This document shows, one piece after another, positions 10,039-19,048 of a stretch of 50,961 bases of DNA. Source of the DNA: Rhodopila sp. (lineage in GTDB: Bacteria > Pseudomonadota > Alphaproteobacteria > Acetobacterales > Acetobacteraceae). The notes below the pieces were generated by a model that searched no databases, was not told the origin of the DNA, and saw nothing but the letters and a program-made list of their open reading frames with translations. The stretch covers positions 1 to 50,961 of the forward strand of contig DASYBP010000014.1 of the NCBI GenBank assembly GCA_036500715.1, in the 5' to 3' direction. Each line of letters starts with the position of its first letter. The first letter of the stretch is position 1. Both the position numbers and the translations under genes were made by a program.

Positions 10039-10424
10039 ATGGAGATCGACCTCCCGTCCGTGAAGACCGAGGTCGAGGCCGCTTTCGCCCGTTATGAGAC
10101 CGCCCCTGGTGACAAATGACGTCGACGCGTTGCGGGCGCTATTCTGGAACAGCCCCAACACGATCCGCTATGGCATCGGTGAAACCCTCTACGGCTACTC
10201 AGAAAATTAGTGCGTTCCGAGCGGCTCGGTCTCCGGTCGGGCTGGCGAGGACAACGTCGCGGACGGTCATTACGACTTACGGCCACGATTTTGCGACCGC
10301 CAGCACGCTGTTCCACCCTGAGACCACGCCCGGCCGGATCGGACCGCAGATGCAGACCTGGGTGCGAACGCCGGACGGCTGGCGAGTGGTCGCCGCGCAT
10401 GTCAGTGCGGTCGACGCACCATGA
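10039..10424 (+). pseudogene. atzH: AtzH/HpxZ family protein, two +1 frameshifts (possibly sequencing errors)
   Basis: Removing one C at 10103-10106 and one A at 10203-10206 gives [55 protein letters not shown]...QTWVR...WRVVAAHVS. Confidence 0.85.
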
Positions 10425-11761
10425 CGGCGGTCTGGATCAAGGACCCGCTTGGAATTCTTGCTGAAAACGCCGACCGCGGCGTCGTCGTCAGCGATGGCCA
10501 GATCATCGAGTGCGTACCCGCCGGCGCCGAACCTGCGACCGCCGACACGACCATGTTCGACGCCAGCCGTCACGTCGTGATCCCCGGCCTCATCAACACC
10601 CATCATCATTTTTATCAAACATTGACCCGCGCGAGCCCGGCCGCGCTGGACCGGGAATTGTTTCCCTGGCTGCAAGCGCTTTATCCGATCTGGGCCCGCC
10701 TGACCCCTGATCAGCTCGACGCCGCCGCCACCGTCGCGATGGCGGAGCTTCTACTGTCCGGCTGCACCACAACCACCGACCACCACTACGTTTTCCCGGC
10801 CGGCCTGGACACCGCGATCGATACCGAAATCGAGGCCGCGCGGCGCCTGGGAATCCGGGTCGTGCTCACCCGCGGTTCGATGAATCTTTCCCAGCGCGAC
10901 GGCGGTCTTTCGCCGGACAGTGTCGTTCAGGACGAGGGTACGATTCTGGCGGACAGCGAACGTCTGATCGCGCGCCACCACGACGCGGATCGAGGCGCCA
11001 TGGTGCAGGTCGCGTTGGCGCCGTGCTCCCCGTTCACAGTCACCACCTCGCTGATGAAGGCGACCGCCGCCCTGGCGGAGCAGAAAAACGTCCGCCTGCA
11101 TACGCATTCGGCCGAAACTGCGGATGAGGAAGCCTTCTGCTTGGCAAAATTCGGCTGCCGGCCGCTGGATTATCTGGAGCAATGCGGCTGGTTGGGCGGC
11201 CGCACCTGGCTCGCCCACGGCGTCCACTTCGACGTGGCGGAAATCGCCCGCATAGCGAAAGCCGGCACCTGCGTGACCCACTGCCCGTGCAGCAACCAGA
11301 TGCTTGGCAGCGGCACCTGCCGCGTGTGCGAGATGGAGCGGGCTGGTGTGCATGTCGGCCTTGGCGTCGATGGATCGGCGTCGAACAATGCCTCGAACCT
11401 GATGCAGGAAGTCCGCGCGGCGTTCCTGCTGCAACGCAGCCGTTATGGTGTTGCGAAAGTCAGCCACAAGGACGCGATCCGCTGGGCCACCGCCGGGTCC
11501 GCGGCGTGCATTGGCCGGCCTGAGCTTGGCCGCATCGCCGTCGGGGCGCAAGCCGACCTCGCGCTGTTCTTGCTGGATGAATTGCGCTTCTCCGGCGCAC
11601 GGGACCCGATCGCGGCCTTGGTGCTCAGTGGCGCTCATCACGCCGACCGCGTCATGGTCGCCGGACGCTGGGTGGTGCAAGATGGTGCGATCGCCGGGCT
11701 AGACTTGGCAGCCCTGATTCGGCGACACAATGCGGCCGCGAAAGCACTGCACGCGGAGTAA
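10421..11761 (+). CDS. 8-oxoguanine deaminase / AtzB-like amidohydrolase
   Basis: PGLINTHHHFYQTLTR, DHHYVFP, LAPCSPF, WLAHGVH, GLGVDGSASN; PCSPF is typical of the 8-oxoguanine deaminase subgroup. Confidence 0.85.
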   Translation: MTAVWIKDPLGILAENADRGVVVSDGQIIECVPAGAEPATADTTMFDASRHVVIPGLINTHHHFYQTLTRASPAALDRELFPWLQALYPIWARLTPDQLDAAATVAMAELLLSGCTTTTDHHYVFPAGLDTAIDTEIEAARRLGIRVVLTRGSMNLSQRDGGLSPDSVVQDEGTILADSERLIARHHDADRGAMVQVALAPCSPFTVTTSLMKATAALAEQKNVRLHTHSAETADEEAFCLAKFGCRPLDYLEQCGWLGGRTWLAHGVHFDVAEIARIAKAGTCVTHCPCSNQMLGSGTCRVCEMERAGVHVGLGVDGSASNNASNLMQEVRAAFLLQRSRYGVAKVSHKDAIRWATAGSAACIGRPELGRIAVGAQADLALFLLDELRFSGARDPIAALVLSGAHHADRVMVAGRWVVQDGAIAGLDLAALIRRHNAAAKALHAE

Positions 11762-11775
11762 AGGGAGCGTCTGTT

Positions 11776-13224
11776 ATGGCCGACTATGATCTGGTGATCG
11801 CCGGCGGCACTGTGGTGACACCGTCCGATATGTTCCTGGCCGATGTCGGTGTGACCGAGGGTCGGATCGTCGCCGTGGGCAAAAACTTGCGCGGAGGTCG
11901 GGCAATCGACGCGGGCGGGCTGCTGGTCATGCCCGGCGGCATCGATTCGCACTGTCATATTGAACAACTGCAAAGGGGCGGTGGTGCCGACGAGGAGACC
12001 TGGACCACCGGCAGTACCTCCGCGCTGGCCGGCGGCACCACCAGTGTCATTACCTTTTCTACCCAGTTCAAGGGCCATGGCATCCTGGGACCGCTGGCCG
12101 AATACCGCCGTCGCGCGGCCAAGGCGATGGTCGACTATACGTTCCACCAGATTATCACCGACCCCACGGACGAGGTCGTCTTCAACGAGATTCCGCAGGT
12201 CGTCGCCTCTGGCATCCGCAGTCTGAAAGCGTTCCTGACCTACGATCCGCTGCATCTCGACGATCGCCAGTTCATCCGCGTCTTGGCCGCCGCGCGACGC
12301 AACGGCGCCTTCGTCACAGTACACTGCGAAAACTACGACGCAATCAACTGGCGCACCGCCGCTCTTCTGGCTGACAACCGCACGGCGCCGAAATACCACG
12401 CCTGGTCGCGTCCCAGCATGATCGAGCGCGAAGCCACCCATCGCGCGATCGCTTTGGCCGAAATGGTCGACCAACCGATCCAGGTTTTCCACGTCTCCTG
12501 CCCCGAAGTCGCCGAGGAGGTCGCTCGGGCCAAGGCCCGTGGCCTGAAGGTCTGGGGCGAGACCTGCCCGCAGTATTTCGTCCTCTCGGCCCAGCACATG
12601 GATCGCCCCGGCTTCGAGGGTGCCAAATTCATGTGCAGCCCAGCTCCGCGCGATGCCGCCGCCAGCGAGGGGCTGTGGAAGATGATCCAGGACGGCGTGC
12701 TGGACATTACGTCCTCCGACCATAGCGGCTGGAGCTACGAGACGCCGGCCGGCAAACGAGTGCACGGCGCCGAAGCCCCATTCCGGGATATTCCGAACGG
12801 CGTTCCGGGCCTTGCGGCGCGCCTGCCCATCCTGTTCAGCGAGGGTGTGTCGAACGACCGCATCGACCCCTGCACCTTCGTGCGCCTGACCGCTTCTAAC
12901 CCCGCACGACTGTTTGGGCTTTATCCGCGCAAGGGCACGATCATGCCGGGTGCTGACGCCGATATAGTTCTGTGGGACGCGAAAAAGCGGGTCACCATCA
13001 CTAATACCCTGATGCAGCACATCATCGACTACACGCCGTACGAAGGATTGGAGGTGACTGGCTGGCCGGTTTCCACGATCCGTCGAGGCGAGGTTGTCAT
13101 GAGGGATGGCAAAGTACAAGCCGAACCGGGAAGCGGCCAGTTCCTGGCGCGCGGACCTTATGATCTCGTCAAACCCACTGGAAACGTGCCGTTCGGTTTC
13201 GATGCCAGCGCGTTTCTGGTCTGA
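11776..13224 (+). CDS. hydA: Dihydropyrimidinase / D-hydantoinase (cyclic amidohydrolase)
   Basis: PGGIDSHCH, GGTT, VHCEN, HVSC, GETCPQY, SSDH, PNGVPG, NPARLFGLYPRKG. Confidence 0.88.
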   Translation: MADYDLVIAGGTVVTPSDMFLADVGVTEGRIVAVGKNLRGGRAIDAGGLLVMPGGIDSHCHIEQLQRGGGADEETWTTGSTSALAGGTTSVITFSTQFKGHGILGPLAEYRRRAAKAMVDYTFHQIITDPTDEVVFNEIPQVVASGIRSLKAFLTYDPLHLDDRQFIRVLAAARRNGAFVTVHCENYDAINWRTAALLADNRTAPKYHAWSRPSMIEREATHRAIALAEMVDQPIQVFHVSCPEVAEEVARAKARGLKVWGETCPQYFVLSAQHMDRPGFEGAKFMCSPAPRDAAASEGLWKMIQDGVLDITSSDHSGWSYETPAGKRVHGAEAPFRDIPNGVPGLAARLPILFSEGVSNDRIDPCTFVRLTASNPARLFGLYPRKGTIMPGADADIVLWDAKKRVTITNTLMQHIIDYTPYEGLEVTGWPVSTIRRGEVVMRDGKVQAEPGSGQFLARGPYDLVKPTGNVPFGFDASAFLV

Positions 13225-13238
13225 CTACGACAGCGCCG

Positions 13239-13652
13239 ATGAGCCTGATCAACGTCACCGCCGGACCCTACGCGTTCAAGGCCAGGTTCGAGGACGAGCA
13301 CGCGCCGAAGACCTGCGCGAAATTCCGCTCGCTACTGCCATACCGGGAACGCATCATTCATGTCCGCTGGAGTGGCGAGGCCTGCTGGATTCCGCTAGGT
13401 GACCTCGAGCTGGGTTTGCCGCTCGAGAACCACACGAGCTACCCTGCCCCGGGGCAGTTTCTGCTGTACCCGGGCGGAATCTCGGAGACCGAGATCCTGC
13501 TGGGTTATGGTGGCGTCCGGTTCGCCAGCAAGATGGGGCAGTTGGCCGGCAACCATTTTCTGACTGTTGTCGAAGGCAACGAAAACCTGGCCACTCTCGG
13601 AAAAATGGTGTTGTGGCAAGGCGCTCAGGACATCGAGTTCAACAATCCATAG
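13239..13652 (+). CDS. DUF3830 family protein (cyclophilin-like fold)
   Basis: APKTC..F..LLP, IIHVRWSGEACWIP, ENHTSYPAPG, YPGGISETEIL, GQLAGNHFLT. Confidence 0.8.
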   Translation: MSLINVTAGPYAFKARFEDEHAPKTCAKFRSLLPYRERIIHVRWSGEACWIPLGDLELGLPLENHTSYPAPGQFLLYPGGISETEILLGYGGVRFASKMGQLAGNHFLTVVEGNENLATLGKMVLWQGAQDIEFNNP

Positions 13653-13655
13653 CGC

Positions 13656-14948
13656 TCAGCGGGGCGCGATACGTTTCAGAAGATCGGCAGCGCCCGGATC
13701 GCCCAGCGCCACGGCGCGCTGGTACCATTCGGCGGCCCGCGCCGGGTCCCGAGAACTCGGGGAAGTTACGAAGTTGGGGTCGTAGGTCTTCCCCAAGGCC
13801 GTCGCGGCAGCCGCATTGCCACCCTCGGCCGCACGCTGGAACAGCAGGCGCGCCGCGGCGATGTCGCCCAGGTCGAGCGACTCGTTGCCGCGCTTGATCA
13901 GCACTGTCATCAGCGCGGGCGGTAACGCGTCGGCGGGCTTCGCGGGCGGCGGCTCCGGGTGGCTTTGAACGGCGCCAACCGGCTTGGCCGGAGCTGGCGG
14001 TGCCGGCTCGGAAATCCCGCTTAACCCTTTATAAAGAAACACCGACACTCCGGTCACCAGCAACCCCCCGGCGACGATCTGCAGGGCATGGGACGTCACG
14101 CTCGAGGGTTCACGTTTGACGGCTCTTGGCCTCGGCCGGGGTGCGGGTGGCCCAAGGACGGAATCGACCGTCTTCGCCGTGATCATGGTATCACCGCGGG
14201 CGAAGCCAGCCGTCAGCACGGCCTCCATCACGCGATTGACCGTGCCGGGAACACCGCCCGAACGGGCGATCACCAGCTTCATGGCATCAGGCGTGATCAG
14301 CCGGCGTGTCGTCCCGCCGGCGATCCATAACGATCGTTCAATGTACTGACGGATCTCGGCCGAACCGAGCCGCAGCAAACGAATGGTGTTTCGGGCCAAC
14401 CCGACAAGTTCGGCGAGGTCCGGGCGCGACAGATCCGCCCCGGACCCAGTCAACACGATAGGCTCATCTCGCGTCTCTCGTGCCAGAGACAGCAGGAAGG
14501 TCAGGCAATCGTCCGGCAGTAGCTCGACGTCTTCAACCAGGAGCGCCTTGCGCGGGGCTTGATGGAAGGCTTCGGGCCCACCGTCGAACGCCGATTTCAA
14601 TTGCTCCAGGCTTATCCGGCCTTCCGGCGGCCGGGATACCATGATGGTTTGCAGGCCGGACTCGGCTGCCACCGCCGTGGCGGAGCGCAGCGTTTCGGTC
14701 TTGCCGATGCCTTCCTCGCCGGTCAGCAAAACGACGCCGTTGCGGTTCAGCATATGATCGATCAGCAATTCGAACGGGCGTCTGTGAGGTGGAAAAAGGA
14801 TATAGCCGGTGCTATCCAGCGCGTCGCCGAAGGGGGGTTTCGACAGGCCGTAGAGGTCAAGATAATTGGCCGGCGGACCCGCCTCGACGGTTGCTCGAAC
14901 CGGTTCGGGCGCCGTCACCGTCTTCATCAGATTCGGAGGCCGCCGCAT
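13656..14948 (-). CDS. ExeA-like AAA ATPase with Pro-rich linker, one TM segment and C-terminal Sel1-like repeat
   Basis: YLDLYGLSKPPF, Walker A GEEGIGKT, SGGVPGTVN; C-terminal GDIAAARLLFQRAAEGGN...AAEWYQRAVALG. Confidence 0.78.
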   Translation of the reverse strand: MRRPPNLMKTVTAPEPVRATVEAGPPANYLDLYGLSKPPFGDALDSTGYILFPPHRRPFELLIDHMLNRNGVVLLTGEEGIGKTETLRSATAVAAESGLQTIMVSRPPEGRISLEQLKSAFDGGPEAFHQAPRKALLVEDVELLPDDCLTFLLSLARETRDEPIVLTGSGADLSRPDLAELVGLARNTIRLLRLGSAEIRQYIERSLWIAGGTTRRLITPDAMKLVIARSGGVPGTVNRVMEAVLTAGFARGDTMITAKTVDSVLGPPAPRPRPRAVKREPSSVTSHALQIVAGGLLVTGVSVFLYKGLSGISEPAPPAPAKPVGAVQSHPEPPPAKPADALPPALMTVLIKRGNESLDLGDIAAARLLFQRAAEGGNAAAATALGKTYDPNFVTSPSSRDPARAAEWYQRAVALGDPGAADLLKRIAPR

Positions 14949-15164
14949 ATCAGAACATCGAATCCACGAACGAGGCTGCGAATGGCATTATAGCCGCTAT
15001 CGAGGCGAGCACCGATCGTATGGCGTCACCATCACGTGAACGCCGGTCCCCAAGCAACCGGAAGTGTTGCGGAGCGTGGCTTTATTCCGAAATCGATCAG
15101 AATGGCTACTGACGCCGGAGCACCATCAAGCCACTGTCTTCAGCGGGGCGATGGGCCTTTGATA

Positions 15165-16526
15165 TCATCGGGTGCTCTTGCGCCGAGCTTGGAGGGCCAA
15201 CCAGACCCGGCGGAGCAGCCGCCAGACCCGGTAGCGTTCCCGTCGCTCCGGCTGCATGAGCCTGCGCATGAGATCCGGTTGCTCCCAGGGAACGTCGTGA
15301 TAGCCGCTGTGAAGAAACGAGCTTGATGGATCTTCCTGCCAGGTGTCAGGGAAGAATACGATGATGTCACGCTCTGTGCGCGTCGGCCGATTCCGCACTG
15401 GTCGGCCGGCAATTCGAGCGACCAGGGCCTCGGCCAGATCGCGGCCCGGGCCTAAGCGAACGGCGCAGATCGGGGTATTTCGTGGGTTCATTTCAATCAG
15501 ATAGGCGGCCCCGGTGGCGGCTTCGATCATGAAGTCGAAACCGATCATTCCGGACAGTCCCAATGCCTTGACGATTCGAGTGGCGCTGTCAATCATTTCG
15601 GTATTAGTAATGATCCTAGCAATTGTGGATGGACCCGTCGCGGAGGTGGTTGAGACGGCCTCGGCGCAAACCGCAGCCAGGACTTCGCCCTGCCAGCATG
15701 CGACGCCGATGTTGGCGGGCCAGCCATCCACATAGCCCTGGACGGACATCGCCCGCCGCTCCCGCAGCAACCAGGCACGAATGTCAAAGTGATTGCCCTC
15801 AAGCAAGGACTCCCGCAGCGCCAGCCGCACGCCGATTGGCTGCGTCATCCGCGTATAGGCGTCCTTCGCGCTGGCGGCGTTGGAGATGATCCGCACCCCG
15901 AAGCCCGCCCAACTGCCGTCGGCCTTCAGCACGAACGGTGTGGCGTGGGTTTCAGCCCAGCGGTCCAGCGTCTCTTTGGTTGGCAGCGGCATGGAGGGCG
16001 GGACACGGACACCCTCGTGCAACGCAAGCGCGAGAAGCGCCGCGCGCGATGTAACCACTGAAAAACTTTCCACCGGCGCTGTCGACCGTTCGATCAGTTG
16101 CTTTACCTGGGGGTGTCGTGTACGCCGCCACAATCCGTGCAGGTCGCGTACGGTCCGCTCATCGCAGGGTATTATGGCGTCGGGCTTAATCCGAAGCGCT
16201 GCGGTCTCCAGGCTGCGGCGCGGTGCCGCAGCGCGATAGGTCAATCGGTGGGCAATCAGGTTCAGCGTCCAGGCCGGATGGTTCTTCGGCGCGATCAAGC
16301 TGACCTTCGCGCCGGCGTCATGTAATTCCATTGCTAACCGAGCGGTGGAGGGTAGCTGGCCCGTCGTCGCCAAAACGATGTGCGGAACCTTGGCTAGCGG
16401 AAGATCTGCGTCGTCAGCAACGAAACTGGCGGGCCCGTCCTCGTACCTCACAAATCCGCGAGGGACGACCATGGGTTTGATTTCGGCGTCTGCTGTACGC
16501 ATTTTCTTACCATCATCGACAAACAA
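15165..16526 (-). CDS. ATP-grasp domain protein
   Basis: IIPCDE, PFVLKADGSWAGFGV, VQGYVDG, GFDFM...YLIEMNPR. The start is uncertain (16472 is possible). Confidence 0.8.
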   Translation of the reverse strand: MFVDDGKKMRTADAEIKPMVVPRGFVRYEDGPASFVADDADLPLAKVPHIVLATTGQLPSTARLAMELHDAGAKVSLIAPKNHPAWTLNLIAHRLTYRAAAPRRSLETAALRIKPDAIIPCDERTVRDLHGLWRRTRHPQVKQLIERSTAPVESFSVVTSRAALLALALHEGVRVPPSMPLPTKETLDRWAETHATPFVLKADGSWAGFGVRIISNAASAKDAYTRMTQPIGVRLALRESLLEGNHFDIRAWLLRERRAMSVQGYVDGWPANIGVACWQGEVLAAVCAEAVSTTSATGPSTIARIITNTEMIDSATRIVKALGLSGMIGFDFMIEAATGAAYLIEMNPRNTPICAVRLGPGRDLAEALVARIAGRPVRNRPTRTERDIIVFFPDTWQEDPSSSFLHSGYHDVPWEQPDLMRRLMQPERRERYRVWRLLRRVWLALQARRKSTR

Positions 16527-16801
16527 GCTACGAGAACCAAGTCCATTCCGGGAGCGACGTTATACTGCCGCTGAGTTAGAAGACCATAATCGCAACGGTA
16601 AGAAAAGCACTTAGATCGGCGATGAGGTCCTTGTGATGGGAGCCTTCGTCTGCCGCGGGCGGTCTTTCCGATCAGGGGGTTGCGGACCGCGCATTCTGTC
16701 AACCAGTGGTAGCTGAGAGCTGTTGCATCAGTTGGTGACCGGCCCACATTCAGGTCAGTCTATTCGGCTGTCGTTACTGTTGAATGCGGTAGCATTCTTT
16801 G

Positions 16802-16902
16802 GATCGGACACTAGTGTGGTGGTTCCGAAGTCCCCCCACACTGTAGAGCGCGCACGGAAGCGGATTTCGGAACCATAAACCAGACTTGAAAACAATGCTC
16901 TA
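16802..16902. repeat. Palindromic intergenic element (MITE/RIME-like)
   Basis: GATCGGACACTAG (16802-16814) matches the end of the 34510 and 48797 elements; inverted repeat TGGTTCCGAA (16820-16829) / TTCGGAACCA (16866-16875). Confidence 0.55.
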
Positions 16903-16915
16903 ATTTGGCCGGCGG

Positions 16916-18043
16916 TCAGCCAACCGCCTCCAGTTCATCATCCGGGGAGCCGCTGACGACCTCATGCCGCTGTCGCCGCCGGGACAGCCAGCGATGACCC
17001 GACACCGCGACCTGTCCAACGAGCGTCCGGGCGCCGGAAAAGCTGCTCAGCATTGTCTCGGCGTTGGCCATTCTGAACTTGAAGGCCTCCTCACCGCGCA
17101 GGAAATCGACGTGCGCGAGCTTGCGATCGAAGGACCAGCGCGCATACTCGACAATCAGAATGGTTCCGGGGGAAGCACGATCAAACGAAGCATCATAGGC
17201 GGTAAAATATGCTTCCATGCGCCCCGCGTAGACGAAATTGACCGACGCGGCCGCGATCTTGCCTCCGCATTCCAGGAGGAAAATCCGCGCAAGACCCGAC
17301 TCCCAGGCCTTGTCCAAAATCGCGCGCAGCACGATACCATCCGGACCAAGGATGGGCGAATTGGGGTCGTTGGCGCGAAGCCAGATTGTCTTCAGCCGCA
17401 TGATCTCATCAAACAGCGGGGGGGCTTCCGCGGTTGGCTCGACGCAGCGGAAGCTCACATCACCGCCCAGCTCCGCCAGGATGCGCTTTCCCCTGGTGTG
17501 GTTGTTGCGCCCCTTTTTATTGAGCGATCGGAAGAACGCTTCCCCGTCCGGCCAACGGTTTTCGATGCGCATGCACCGTTCGCTGCGCTCGCCGAATTGC
17601 AGCCGGCTGCCGTCAGTGGCAAGCCGGTCAAGAAACTCCCGGCATTCGGCATTGGGTCGGAGCTGCTGCAAATTGATCAGGTCGAAGCCGCCTGCGTGGT
17701 TCAGTTCATCCCAGAGCGGCGGCAGCACCTCGGTCCATCTGCGGTCGGGGTCCACCAGGCAATCACAGTAGTCCGAGAACAGTTGCGCCGCCCAGGTTAG
17801 CACGCGCAGTCCGGATCGGCGGTGCACGGCGCACGGCATGGCCCCGCGCAGCGTGTCGCCATCCCAGGCGACAGCGATCTGAAGCTTAATGTCCCGCCGA
17901 TCGCTCACTGCGGACAGCCATCCGGCAATCCAGTCATAGCTCTGGAATATGAAGCCGCCGGAACGCTCCCATAGCTGCCGCCAAGCCTGCTGAATGGCCG
18001 AAAACCGCTCAGAGGCAGTCACAATCTCAATGCGTAAGGTCAA
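16916..18043 (-). CDS. GNAT family N-acetyltransferase (CelD/BcsL-like)
   Basis: FIFQSYDW, SDYCD, YDASFDRASPGTILI...DFLRGEEAFKFR; overlaps the upstream gene by 4 nt. Confidence 0.85.
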   Translation of the reverse strand: MTLRIEIVTASERFSAIQQAWRQLWERSGGFIFQSYDWIAGWLSAVSDRRDIKLQIAVAWDGDTLRGAMPCAVHRRSGLRVLTWAAQLFSDYCDCLVDPDRRWTEVLPPLWDELNHAGGFDLINLQQLRPNAECREFLDRLATDGSRLQFGERSERCMRIENRWPDGEAFFRSLNKKGRNNHTRGKRILAELGGDVSFRCVEPTAEAPPLFDEIMRLKTIWLRANDPNSPILGPDGIVLRAILDKAWESGLARIFLLECGGKIAAASVNFVYAGRMEAYFTAYDASFDRASPGTILIVEYARWSFDRKLAHVDFLRGEEAFKFRMANAETMLSSFSGARTLVGQVAVSGHRWLSRRRQRHEVVSGSPDDELEAVG

Positions 18044-19047
18044 ACCGTCTCTCCGGCATGATGGCGCACACGAACTGTTTCCCGCCGCGGCCCGATCAAG
18101 CGGATCCGGCTGGCAATTTTCTTCAACGGAACAACATGCAGCCTGTAGAGTGACTGATATTCCTCGTGCTCGTTTCCGGTTAGCCCGAAGACGAAGTCTT
18201 CATCAGGTTCCGGGACAACAAGGGTGCCGAACATCCGATCCCAGATACTCAGGCCGAGGCCGAAATTCCTGTCCCAATGTTTCTGGGCAACGCTGTGATG
18301 CAACTGATGGTAGTGAGGACTCAGTAATATCGCATCGAGATACCGCCCAAACGACAACTTCCAATGCGTATGGCGGACGAAGTCCATCATCAGGATGGTA
18401 GTGCGCAGAGCATAGACGTTCAGTCCGAAAACGGTCAGCTCCACCGGGTCGAAAGCAAAGAACAACCAGATCCCATAGCAAAGGCCCGGTATCACCCCGT
18501 CCCACCAACGGTTCATGATCTCATCGATTGGGTGCACGCGCTCTCTGGTCACCCCGATCATCACCTGCGCGGAGTGGTGAACCTTATGTAGTTCCCACAG
18601 GACCGGGATCCGATGCTGCATGCGGTGATAAAGGTAGTACGATAGGTCGTAAGCGATCAGCATCGACACAGTAAATGCGAGCAGCATGATCGGCCCCGCC
18701 GGCTCGACACGATGCGTTGGCGGACCGACGATGCTGCTCAGCACCCAGTAAGCGAAGTGGCCCGCCGTGACGGTGGAGATCACCAATGGCAAGACCAGCA
18801 GCGGCATGAAAATCCGCCGCGACAGCCAGAACAGAAAGTCCGCTCGTGCAGACGGATGGCGGACGACCTCAGGGGGCAAAACGTGCCGCATGAAATCCCG
18901 CGATGACCAGTGTCCCGGATTGGCCCTGATGTAGGTAACAACAGCCGCAAAGATGATCGTCCCCCAAAGCAGCAGCAGTTCGACCCCGTTGGCGCTGAAT
19001 ATCCGATTCCAGGCGAGTCGTGCAAAGTGATGAACGGCGTCCCACAT
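18040..19047 (-). CDS. Sterol desaturase / fatty-acid hydroxylase superfamily membrane protein
   Basis: His boxes YYLYHRMQH, LWELHKVHHS and HQLHHS, plus NFG...WDRMFGT; several hydrophobic segments. Confidence 0.88.
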   Translation of the reverse strand: MWDAVHHFARLAWNRIFSANGVELLLLWGTIIFAAVVTYIRANPGHWSSRDFMRHVLPPEVVRHPSARADFLFWLSRRIFMPLLVLPLVISTVTAGHFAYWVLSSIVGPPTHRVEPAGPIMLLAFTVSMLIAYDLSYYLYHRMQHRIPVLWELHKVHHSAQVMIGVTRERVHPIDEIMNRWWDGVIPGLCYGIWLFFAFDPVELTVFGLNVYALRTTILMMDFVRHTHWKLSFGRYLDAILLSPHYHQLHHSVAQKHWDRNFGLGLSIWDRMFGTLVVPEPDEDFVFGLTGNEHEEYQSLYRLHVVPLKKIASRIRLIGPRRETVRVRHHAGETV

Positions 19048-19048
19048 G

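Noticed and set aside
6795-11761. Atrazine-degradation island
   Set aside because: No atzA, atzC, atzD or trzN in the window; the context is purine catabolism and the AtzB-like protein carries 8-oxoguanine deaminase-type motifs.
7197-13119. Long minus-strand ORFs (7197..8573, 10751..11680, 11638..13119)
   Set aside because: Antisense shadows of atzF, the deaminase and hydA, with no domain signatures.
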